64,000 nt of DNA, taken from the NCBI GenBank assembly GCA_963737265.1, contig CAVTRY010000011.1, positions 608,001 through 672,000 on the forward strand. Direction: 5' to 3'. Below are positions 44,600 to 53,410 of this stretch, piece by piece. Position 1 is the stretch's first letter; each line of letters opens with the position of its first letter. A program made the translations under genes and the position numbers. The notes under the pieces were generated by a model. It saw nothing but the letters and a program-made list of their open reading frames with translations, was not told the origin of the DNA and searched no databases. Source of the DNA: an uncultured delta proteobacterium. GTDB taxonomy: Bacteria > Myxococcota_A > Polyangia > Fen-1088.

Positions 44600-46837
44600 A
44601 TGACCGAGAATCATCCTCCGCGTTTTCTTTCCGCCGTTGCATTTTCCACCTTCGCTGGCCTGCTTGGCGCCGGAATCGTCGACGCCGTCGCCGTGACGGT
44701 GCGCGGCCAGAACGCGCGGCTTATCGAAGTGCTGGTGTTGGCCGTCGGCCTCTACGGAACAGCCGGTCTCCTGCTCGGAACCTTGCTGGGTTGGGCGGCC
44801 GCGACGCTGTCGGGGGCTGTGCCCGGCGGCTGGCCCGCGCTGCTCGACGATGAGGCGCTCGATGCACGCGTGTGTGGTCTCTTGCTCGGCACCGTCGCCG
44901 CCAGCGTGGTCCTGGCAATCGGCGCGGGAGCTGGCTACGGATCGTTCGTATCGGCGATGAACAGTCACACACTGGCAACCATTGCCAGCGCCGGGCTCGC
45001 CGCCGCCTTCGTGCTGCCCGCGGCGCTGGCGCTGCTCGCCACTTGGCGGACAGCGGCTCGCCTCGCCAAGCGTTTCTTGCCTCGGCCGGCAAAGGCTGGC
45101 CGTACCGGCATCCTCGTCATCGGGCTCGCCTTGCTCGCTGTTCTGGCCTTCGTCGCCGCGCTTTCCCGCGCCGACTGGCGCGTTCTCGACCTTGGTCCGT
45201 TCTATTCCGCGGGCATCGCCGTCGTCCTGGGGACCGCGCACGGTCTTTTTTGGTACGTGTCGGCGGCTGGGAAGCGCGTGCTGCGCAGACTGCCCACGCG
45301 AATGACCCGACCCGTGATCGCCACGGCAGTCTTTCTGTCGTTGCTGGCGGGCAGCCGGGTTCGTGAGACGTCACCGACGTACGCCGCTATCAGCGACGGT
45401 GGGCTTGGACTCAAGTTTGCCTTGAAAGTCGCACGCAGGGCCACGGATCGCGATGGCGATGGGTACTCGGCGCTCTTCGGCGGCGGCGACTGCGACGACA
45501 CGCGCGCCGATGTTTATCCCGGTGCCGAGGACATTCCCGGCGATGGCGTCGACCAGGATTGCGAAGGTGGCGACGCTCCATTGGTCGCGGCGCCGGCTGA
45601 AGCCGCCGAACCGGGCCTGCCGACCGCAAAAGCCATATTGGGCAAGCCGGGCGCGTTTTCCGGCAACGTGCTCATCATCGCCATCGACGCTACTCGCGCC
45701 GACCGTCTCGGCGTCGCGGGCTACGGGCGCCCGCCCGGGCACTCGCTCACGCCCAACCTGGACGCGCTCGCGAACCGTGGCGCCTATTTCCGCCGCGTGT
45801 GGGCGCAGGCGCCCAATACGCCGCGTTCTTTCCCGTCGTTCGTAACGTCGCTCTACCCTTCCGAGATCGCGTGGCAAAAACGGACGCTCAACTACTCGCC
45901 TCTGCTTCCGTCGAACCACACGATCTTCGAGCCCATCGCGGCGGCGGGGTGGCGGCCCATCGGGATCTTTTCTCATTTCTACTTCACCGCCGATCGCGGG
46001 ATTTCCAAGGGTTTCGCCGAATGGTCGGACGTTGGTGCCAAGAGCATTGCCGATTCGAACCAAGACATAGCGGCCCCTCGCATCGTCCCACGCGTCATCG
46101 AGCGACTGAAAAAGGCGGCCGGCAAGGGTGAGCGTTTTGTCCTGTGGACCCACCTCTTCGAGCCGCATTCAAGTTACATGTCCCATCCGGAGTTCCCCAC
46201 CACGCTTTCGGGCGTGCAGGGTCTGGAGGAAAAGTACGACTACGAGATCGCGTTTGCCGACCTGTGGATCGGCAAGATCCTGAAAACGCTCGACGAGACC
46301 AAGCTAGCCGCCAACACCGCGGTCGTCGTGTTCGGCGATCACGGCGAGGCGTGGGGTGAACACAAAATCTACTTCCACGGCCAGAACCTCACCGAAGAAC
46401 AACTCCGCGTCCCGCTCATCGTCGCCGTACCGGGACGCAAGCCGATCGTGTCCGACGACGAAGCTGGCCTCATCGACGTGGGGCCGACCTTGCTCGACCT
46501 GCTCGGCCTGGCACCGCCCGCCACCATGCACGGCACAAGCTTGCTGCCGGCCATCGACGGCGAACCGCTACCGCCTCATCCCATTTTTTCCGAGCTCCTC
46601 CCGTCTACGGCGACGCCCGATCACGAGGTCTCCGTCGTGGATCGCGGGCAGAAGCTGGTTCACAAGATCTCCCTACGCCGTTTCGAGCTATTCGACCTTC
46701 ACGTCGATCCAAAACAACTAAAGAATCTCGCCGAGGATCCCCTCCACAAGCCGTTGCTGGATGAGCTAAGAGCCAAGCTTGCGGCCTTCGAAGAGCACCG
46801 CCAGGTGCAACCCGCCAGGCAGACTTCAAGCCGCTGA
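44600..46837 (+). CDS. Multi-TM sulfatase-fold protein with Asp-rich DGDG/DCDD putative metal-binding repeat
   Basis: N-terminal TM helices; DRDGDGY..GGDCDD..PGAEDIPGDGVDQDC; IDATRAD, NTPRS, FEPH, GDHGE. Confidence 0.85.
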   Translation: MTENHPPRFLSAVAFSTFAGLLGAGIVDAVAVTVRGQNARLIEVLVLAVGLYGTAGLLLGTLLGWAAATLSGAVPGGWPALLDDEALDARVCGLLLGTVAASVVLAIGAGAGYGSFVSAMNSHTLATIASAGLAAAFVLPAALALLATWRTAARLAKRFLPRPAKAGRTGILVIGLALLAVLAFVAALSRADWRVLDLGPFYSAGIAVVLGTAHGLFWYVSAAGKRVLRRLPTRMTRPVIATAVFLSLLAGSRVRETSPTYAAISDGGLGLKFALKVARRATDRDGDGYSALFGGGDCDDTRADVYPGAEDIPGDGVDQDCEGGDAPLVAAPAEAAEPGLPTAKAILGKPGAFSGNVLIIAIDATRADRLGVAGYGRPPGHSLTPNLDALANRGAYFRRVWAQAPNTPRSFPSFVTSLYPSEIAWQKRTLNYSPLLPSNHTIFEPIAAAGWRPIGIFSHFYFTADRGISKGFAEWSDVGAKSIADSNQDIAAPRIVPRVIERLKKAAGKGERFVLWTHLFEPHSSYMSHPEFPTTLSGVQGLEEKYDYEIAFADLWIGKILKTLDETKLAANTAVVVFGDHGEAWGEHKIYFHGQNLTEEQLRVPLIVAVPGRKPIVSDDEAGLIDVGPTLLDLLGLAPPATMHGTSLLPAIDGEPLPPHPIFSELLPSTATPDHEVSVVDRGQKLVHKISLRRFELFDLHVDPKQLKNLAEDPLHKPLLDELRAKLAAFEEHRQVQPARQTSSR

Positions 46838-47164
46838 CGAATTTCCACGGACGAGAGTGCGGTTGATGAGGCCCTTGAGCTCCTGCCCGGGGGTGAATAC
46901 CACCGTGCACTGCGACGGTATCGGGATGAGGTTCCCGGTCTGAGGATTGCGAACGACGCGCGAGTTGCGCCGGCGCTTGGTGAAGGTACCAAACCCTGGG
47001 TAGTTCAGCCGCGGGGGATTGGCGGCGTTCGGCCGCGCGCGAATGAAATAGTCGCCGACCTCTGTGAACACGGCGTCGACGATGCGGGCATAGGCTTTCT
47101 TTGTCAGTGTGCGGGGAAGATCCTTGCGGGACGCGACCCTTGCAATGAGTTCGGCCTTGGTCAT
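46826..47164 (-). CDS. HU/IHF-family DNA-binding protein
   Basis: MTKAELI, GFGTF, RNPQTG, VVFTPGQELK. Confidence 0.92.
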   Translation of the reverse strand: MTKAELIARVASRKDLPRTLTKKAYARIVDAVFTEVGDYFIRARPNAANPPRLNYPGFGTFTKRRRNSRVVRNPQTGNLIPIPSQCTVVFTPGQELKGLINRTLVRGNSSAA

Positions 47165-47426
47165 CGTTGTGCCTTTGCCAGAGCTAAGAAACAGCGGCCC
47201 AGACTAGGGGTCTCGCCCCGAACCTGTCAATCGACAACCAACGAGCCAGGCCGGTGTGGTGTACTATCGCGATATCCACAAGTCACTTATGCGTTATTGG
47301 GTCCGCCGCACTTATCCGCGTGATCGCGAGCGGTTGTCGCACCATGACCCACACAGACACATGGCTGCGTAAAAGTAGTAGAGATCGGGTTATGTCAGGC
47401 CGTATAGTGCGACGACCTACTTTGAG

Positions 47427-49682
47427 GTGCACGTGCGCAACCCAAGCTTCTTGCTGGTCGCAGCCATAGCTACTGTCGGGACAAGCTCCAGCGCAAGGGG
47501 CGACGCTGACACCACTTCGAAGGCCCCCAGCGCACTGCGTGAACTGTTCCGTTCGCCCCCAGTGGACTGCCGCCCGCTCGTGCGCTGGCGGTGGTTTGGC
47601 GACGCGGTGACGAGCGACGAAATCGCGCGCGAGCTGGTGCAGATGCGCGACGCGGGTTTCGGCGGCGTGGAAATTCAGCCGGTGTATCCGCTCGATGGCG
47701 AGTACGAGGCCGTCCCTGCGCTGCCCTACCTGTCGCGAGGGTTCCTAAGCTCGCTCGCTTTTGCCGCGAGCAAGGCAAGGGATCTCGGCCTCACCGTGGA
47801 CATCGCCCTCGGCAGCGGCTGGCCCATCGGCGATCCGCACGTCACGGCCGACCACGGAGCTCGCACGCAAGAGCGGTTCTTCGCCCAACTACAGGACTGG
47901 AGTCATGTCCACCAGGTAGCGATTCGCGGCCAGCCTTTTGGCACCTCGCCGGCCACGCTGTCGAGCGCGCGATTCGTCGACGTTCCCGAGGGCGAAGGCT
48001 TGCCATGGAATGCTCTAACCGCGAGTCGGTGGGCGTCCTCGGCAGCGCACCTTTTTGCCAAGCCGCTCGCCTCCGCCGCGCTGTGGGCCTCCGCTCCCCT
48101 TCTCGCCTTCCGCGCCTCGCCGCTCGACCTCAAGACCGAGGCCGATCAGTACTTTCTTTCCAGCGTAACGCAAGTTGTCGGCCAAGGCTGGCCCTACTTC
48201 CCCGAACAAACCGGCAACCCGGGCCGGGCGTTGAGCTCGGCCGCGGCCATCAGCCCGCACAACCCGTGGTGGCCGGTCATGCCAGAGCTGACCATGTACT
48301 TACGGCGTACGGCCTTCGCCGTTCGGCAAGGCGATGCGGTCAACGATGTCGCCATCTACCTCCCCACCCATGACGCTTTCGCCGCACTTAAACCGGACGA
48401 CGTCAATCTCAGCCGAGCAGTTGCGGATCGAATCGGCCCGGATCTTGTTCCAACCGTGCTCCGTGCTGGCTATGGTTTTGATTTGGTCGACGACAACGTC
48501 CTGGTCGATCTAGCCAAGGTTTCCGCAGCGAACCTCACGATAGGCCGGCAAGACTACGCCGTGGTCATCCTGGCCAATGTCGAACGCATCCCACTCGCCA
48601 CGATGGAGAAACTGGAAGCCTTCGTGGCGGCCGGTGGCAAGGTGATCGCCACACGCCGTCTGCCGACCCTCTTGCCCGACCGGGCGGAACAGCAAGACCA
48701 GGGCGCCGTCTTGCACGCGAAGGTGGCCAAGCTGTTCGGTGGCAGCAATGCCCCGGCCAAGCTCGTGGGCGACGAAATCGGCGAGCTAGGCGGCCTTTTG
48801 CGCGCGCTTCTGCAACCCGATATGCGGACCGCGACGGTCGCGCCGCAGATCGGCTTCGTCCACCGACGTGCGGTGGATGTCGATTTGTACTTCATCGCGA
48901 ACACCTGGAACGAGCCCTACGCCAGCACCATCGAGCTGCGTGTTCGACCAAGGCCAGCCGAATGGTGGGATGCCATGACTGGGGAGCTCGCGCCGGCGTC
49001 CATAGTGACCTCCTCGCCGACCAGCACGACCGTCCAGCTCTCACTTCCTGCTTATGGCACGCGGATTCTGGTATTTGGTCTACCCGCGCGCGGCCGACCG
49101 GCGAGGACCGCAGCCAGAAAGACGGATGCCGACGAGCCGCCGGTTAGCATGGACATTAGCAACGGCTGGGAGATCACGTTCGAAGGGACCACGATCAAAC
49201 GCCAGAGCGATTGGCTCACGTCGTGGACGGAATCGGCCGACACGCGCACGTTTTCGGGAGAAGGCGTGTATCGCAAGACTGTGACGCTGCTGCAACCCAA
49301 GCTGCTGGCCGCGCGCAAGATCGTTCTCTCCCTGGGCGATGCGAAGCCGCTCCCGCCGGCACCAGGTACGAATGGGAGCGTTGCGGGCGGCCAGGCGAGG
49401 CTCATTCCACCGGTGCGCGAGGCGGCTATCGTGTTCGTCAACGGACGGCGGGTTGGGTCGGTTTGGCAACCGCCTTACAAGCTCGACCTGGGCAAGAGCC
49501 TGGGCGCAGGCAAGAACCACATCGAAATTCACGTTTTCAATCTGGCAGTGAATCAGATGGCGGGCAAACCCCTGGTCGACTACGCGGCGCTGACCGCTAA
49601 GTTCGGCACTCAGTCTCGGGAGGCCTTCCTGCCCGTGCCCGCCGGCCTGTTCGGGCCGATTACCATCACCGGTATGGATTGA
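47427..49682 (+). CDS. GH106 (alpha-L-rhamnosidase-like) homolog, apparently internally deleted and degenerate
   Basis: Signal peptide; RPLVRWRWFG, GFGGVEIQPVY, GSGWP, HNPWWPVM, DLYFIAN, C-terminal beta domain (VFVNG..W.PPY, GLFGP). Confidence 0.7.
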   Translation: MHVRNPSFLLVAAIATVGTSSSARGDADTTSKAPSALRELFRSPPVDCRPLVRWRWFGDAVTSDEIARELVQMRDAGFGGVEIQPVYPLDGEYEAVPALPYLSRGFLSSLAFAASKARDLGLTVDIALGSGWPIGDPHVTADHGARTQERFFAQLQDWSHVHQVAIRGQPFGTSPATLSSARFVDVPEGEGLPWNALTASRWASSAAHLFAKPLASAALWASAPLLAFRASPLDLKTEADQYFLSSVTQVVGQGWPYFPEQTGNPGRALSSAAAISPHNPWWPVMPELTMYLRRTAFAVRQGDAVNDVAIYLPTHDAFAALKPDDVNLSRAVADRIGPDLVPTVLRAGYGFDLVDDNVLVDLAKVSAANLTIGRQDYAVVILANVERIPLATMEKLEAFVAAGGKVIATRRLPTLLPDRAEQQDQGAVLHAKVAKLFGGSNAPAKLVGDEIGELGGLLRALLQPDMRTATVAPQIGFVHRRAVDVDLYFIANTWNEPYASTIELRVRPRPAEWWDAMTGELAPASIVTSSPTSTTVQLSLPAYGTRILVFGLPARGRPARTAARKTDADEPPVSMDISNGWEITFEGTTIKRQSDWLTSWTESADTRTFSGEGVYRKTVTLLQPKLLAARKIVLSLGDAKPLPPAPGTNGSVAGGQARLIPPVREAAIVFVNGRRVGSVWQPPYKLDLGKSLGAGKNHIEIHVFNLAVNQMAGKPLVDYAALTAKFGTQSREAFLPVPAGLFGPITITGMD

Positions 49683-49684
49683 GG

Positions 49685-50740
49685 CTAGATCGCCAGCCGC
49701 AGACCCGCAGCCACGCTGGTGAGCAAGGGCGTATCGCCGGTCACGTTCATCTGCACAAAAATGCGCACCAGCATGGCGTTGATCTGAACCCCGAAAATCT
49801 CGCGCAGCCTGGCAGCGCTGGGATTGACGTGGCTTTGAGCTTTGATGGTCGCGGTTCCAAGAGCCACATTGCCAACCCCAGCCAACTGGGCCGTCATGTT
49901 CAGGTTCATGTCGCTGCCACCGCCAAGCTGCCAATCCATGCCGAGCCCGCCATAGACCGTGACGAGAGAAAGGAGGCGAAGGCTGGTGGTAATCTCCAAG
50001 GGAATGCTCCACGTGGTTTGATCGACGGTGAAGGTCAAGGGCTGACCGGCGAGGCTGGCCACCGTGACCGGCATGCCGGGCGCGATGTTGATCGTTGACC
50101 TGACTTGCGTCTGCGTGCTCAAGGTCAAATGCGAGTAGTCCGCGCCGCTGGTGATGGCGATGCCGCCCCAACGAATCAGCATCTGGGTCGCGGAGCCGCT
50201 GCGCGATGGACCGAGCAGGCGAAACTGGCCGTGCATCCCCCAGTTCTGATAGCTGCCATCAAGTTGTCCTAAACTGGCGCTGCCCTTGAACCAGTTGCCA
50301 AAAACCATCAGCGGATCGAATCCGATCAATCCCAGACCCACGCCGCCCATGAGCGAGAAATTCGCGCCGCCACCGCTGATGGGAGGATCGGCGTAGGAGC
50401 CCGAAGGCTTGTAGGCCTTGTCCACGTTGCTGGCGAAGCTCACCGTCGCGCCTGCTTCGACGAGCGTTGCCTCCGAGGCGTAGTCGACCCCGAGGCCCTT
50501 GGTCGAGAAGCTCTGAGCGTTTTGAAAGCCCCTGAGAAACGACGTTACGTTCGTCACCTGGAACAGGCTGTCCACCTGATTTTGGACCTGACTTACCAGT
50601 TGAGCTGTCGACATTCCCAATCCCGCGGCGTAGGCGTCCGCACCGGCACTCGGCGTAAAAACAACCTGGCCGTACGCCGAACTCGCGCCAGCAGCCAGGG
50701 TCGCGAATACCAAGACCGAGACCAAATTGCTTCGCTTCAT
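49685..50740 (-). CDS. Secreted, probable outer-membrane beta-barrel protein
   Basis: Signal peptide (AYG), alternating amphipathic beta-strands, C-terminal AAGLRLAI strand. Confidence 0.65.
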   Translation of the reverse strand: MKRSNLVSVLVFATLAAGASSAYGQVVFTPSAGADAYAAGLGMSTAQLVSQVQNQVDSLFQVTNVTSFLRGFQNAQSFSTKGLGVDYASEATLVEAGATVSFASNVDKAYKPSGSYADPPISGGGANFSLMGGVGLGLIGFDPLMVFGNWFKGSASLGQLDGSYQNWGMHGQFRLLGPSRSGSATQMLIRWGGIAITSGADYSHLTLSTQTQVRSTINIAPGMPVTVASLAGQPLTFTVDQTTWSIPLEITTSLRLLSLVTVYGGLGMDWQLGGGSDMNLNMTAQLAGVGNVALGTATIKAQSHVNPSAARLREIFGVQINAMLVRIFVQMNVTGDTPLLTSVAAGLRLAI

Positions 50741-50843
50741 GGCCAAACAAGCCTAGCACCAAAGCCACGCATAGTCTCACCGGCCAAAATCACTACAAAT
50801 CACCACTGGGGTTGCCGTGCCCATCCAGCGGTCGCGACGATAG

Positions 50844-51860
50844 CTACTCCAGCCCGACCTGCGCCAGATCTTCCTCCGACATCCCGAAGAAATGGCCGGT
50901 TTCGTGGAGCAAGGTTATGCGGATCTGGTCACGCAAATCCTCGGCATCGAGCGCCATGCGTTCGAGGTTCTTGCGGAACAGCAAAATTTGCGTCACTTGC
51001 GGCGCGCCTCCGAGCGCGGCTGAATCGGAATACGCGACGCCGGCGAACAGCCCGAGCAGGCGTGGATCCAGTCCCTGCTCGACCTCGTCCTGGGCAGGCA
51101 GGTCGACGACCAAGATTGGCACGTTTTCGATGAGCTTGCGCGCACGCTCTGGCAATTCCCTGAGCGCCTGTTCGGCCACCTCGGCCATTTCGGCCTCGCT
51201 CAGGTGCGCCGATTCAAGAGCGGTCGCGGCGTCGGTGGCAAGAACGCGCAGCCAGGCTTGCCGCTTGGCCGGTTCGTCGCCGCGCTCCTCGGCGCAAAGC
51301 CCGAGCCCGTACCATGCCTCTGCCTCCTCGACCTGCGCGTCCGCAAGCGCCCGGAACCTACTCTCGGCCTCCTTGCCGTCGCCCGCTTCGAGAAACAGAT
51401 AGGCCAGGTCGAGCGCAAGCGTGGCGGGCAAATCGACTTCAGTCGCCGACGGCAGCTCAGAGAGTGTCGTCTGCGCGGCCTTGAGCTTGCCAAGCTTTAT
51501 CTCGAGCCCCGCCTTGAGCATCAGAGCATCGAGGAATTCGTCTTCCTCCTCGGCACGGTCGAGTGCGAGTGCGGCGTGCCGGACGGCTTCGGCCGGTCGG
51601 TCCAGATCCTCGGCCAGGATTTCGGCAATCCAAAGTTCGGGGGCGCTCCAGTCGGCGGCGATCGCGGATGCCTTTTCGAGCAGGCTCATCGCCTTGTCAG
51701 GCTCGTCCTCGCCTCGACAGCACGCCGCCAGCAGCAACAGGATCTCGGGACTTTCGGGGTCGCGGCGGTGCTCGCTCTCGGCGATACGCCGCGCGCCGGC
51801 GACGTCGCCTTCGTGCAACGACTCCCAGGCTCGTTCGATGGCCGAATTGGGCTGGCTCAA
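50844..51860 (-). CDS. TPR protein with C-terminal zincin-like metallopeptidase
   Basis: TTG start overlapping the kamA stop, GGAG RBS; TPR repeats; LLGLFAG..ILLFRKNL..TLLHETGHFFG (HExxH). Confidence 0.85.
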   Translation of the reverse strand: MSQPNSAIERAWESLHEGDVAGARRIAESEHRRDPESPEILLLLAACCRGEDEPDKAMSLLEKASAIAADWSAPELWIAEILAEDLDRPAEAVRHAALALDRAEEEDEFLDALMLKAGLEIKLGKLKAAQTTLSELPSATEVDLPATLALDLAYLFLEAGDGKEAESRFRALADAQVEEAEAWYGLGLCAEERGDEPAKRQAWLRVLATDAATALESAHLSEAEMAEVAEQALRELPERARKLIENVPILVVDLPAQDEVEQGLDPRLLGLFAGVAYSDSAALGGAPQVTQILLFRKNLERMALDAEDLRDQIRITLLHETGHFFGMSEEDLAQVGLE

Positions 51861-53254
51861 GTCCTGCTCCGGGCGACTTCCATGGCCTCGGCGATCATCT
51901 TGTCTTGCTCGGCGGGCTTGGCCCAGCGCGCTTGACCTTCCGCGGGCAGCAGATGGATGGGATCGAAGTAGCAGAAGTAATCGCCCGGATGGACCACGGG
52001 CGAGACAAACACGGTAATTCCCGTGACCCGGTCGTAGTGTTCGAACGAATGAACATTGCGCTTGCCGCCGCCCGGTGTGTCCACCACCACCATCGGCATA
52101 TTGAAGCCGGCGACCAACCCACGCAGCTGCTTCTCGATATGCGCGCCAGTCGAAACCGTCGTGCGCAAGTCTTCCACGCCCTTCACCATATCGTGCACGT
52201 AGACGTAATACGGATGGATGTTGATATAGGAAAGCCGCTTGATGAGCATTCCCATGGTGGCGACCGAGTCGTTCACGCCGCGCATGAGCACGGTCTGATT
52301 GCGCACGGTGATGCCGCGTTCGCACAGCTTGTTCGCCGCCGCCTGGGTGATGGCCGTGATCTCGCTCGGGTGGTTGAAGTGGGTGTGAATCATCACGTCC
52401 TTGTGGACCTTGCGCCCTTTTTCCACGATCGCGGTGACCGCATCGATCCACGCGTGGTCGGTCAAAATCTTCTGCGGCATGACCGCCGGGCCCTTGGTGG
52501 CGAAGCGAATGCGACGAACGTGCGGGACGGCCAGAAAAGACTCACCCAGAAAGGTAATCTGGTCCGCGCGCAGGTGCGAAGCGTCGCCGCCCGAAATCAG
52601 CACGTCCTCGACCTCGGGCCGGGATGTCACGTAAGCGATGGCCTGGTGCCAGCGTTCGATGTCGACGCCGAACTGAAGCTTGTGAACCTCCTCGGTGTCG
52701 AGGCCGACGGCATAGCTGCGCGTGCAGAAGCGGCAGTACACGGGACAGGTCGCGATGGGCAAGAACAGGACCTTGTCCGGGTAGCGGTGAGACAGGCCTG
52801 GAACGGGCATGTCCTGCCGCTCGTGCAACGGATCGAGGTCGACCTTGGGATGGTCAGGCAGCCGGCGCGAGAGCAGCGGGATGAACTGGATACGAATGGG
52901 ATCTTCGTAGGGGTTCGACCAGTCGACGAGCGAGAGCAGATAGGGCGACACACGCACCGGCATGGGCGCGTGATGGAAGCCCTCCTCGGCATCACGGACG
53001 AAGGCGGGCGAAACCAGCCCTTCCAGTGTCGCGAGAAGTTTGGGCATATTGGTGATGGAATTCTTGGCCTGCCAATGATGGTCGAGGAACTCGGCCTCGG
53101 ACACGTGGGCGTAGGCGTGGATGCGCTGCCAGAACGGCCCGTCGCGCAGGTCGCGATGGGCGAGGGCTTCCGGCGGTACGGGGCAGCGGTGCGCGGGTGG
53201 AAGGATTGGCGCGTGGGATTGGGTTGCCGCACCGTCGTTGAGGTCAGCTCTCAT
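51857..53254 (-). CDS. KamA-family radical SAM enzyme (lysine 2,3-aminomutase-like)
   Basis: HRYPDKVLF, CPVYCRFCTR, ISGGD, HFNHPSE, NQTVLMRGVND, VDTPGGGKR. Confidence 0.93.
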   Translation of the reverse strand: MRADLNDGAATQSHAPILPPAHRCPVPPEALAHRDLRDGPFWQRIHAYAHVSEAEFLDHHWQAKNSITNMPKLLATLEGLVSPAFVRDAEEGFHHAPMPVRVSPYLLSLVDWSNPYEDPIRIQFIPLLSRRLPDHPKVDLDPLHERQDMPVPGLSHRYPDKVLFLPIATCPVYCRFCTRSYAVGLDTEEVHKLQFGVDIERWHQAIAYVTSRPEVEDVLISGGDASHLRADQITFLGESFLAVPHVRRIRFATKGPAVMPQKILTDHAWIDAVTAIVEKGRKVHKDVMIHTHFNHPSEITAITQAAANKLCERGITVRNQTVLMRGVNDSVATMGMLIKRLSYINIHPYYVYVHDMVKGVEDLRTTVSTGAHIEKQLRGLVAGFNMPMVVVDTPGGGKRNVHSFEHYDRVTGITVFVSPVVHPGDYFCYFDPIHLLPAEGQARWAKPAEQDKMIAEAMEVARSRT

Positions 53255-53410
53255 AGATTCCTCGTGGTTGGGTTGCCCAGTTCTGGCATAAGAACGAAAC
53301 AGAGTCGCCCATTTTCGCACCCCGTGGACCAACCCGGCCGGTATTCCCAATTGGCGGGCGAGTCGGGTTAGTGTCTTGGTGATTTCGTGTTTATTCGAGA
53401 GGATGTCATC

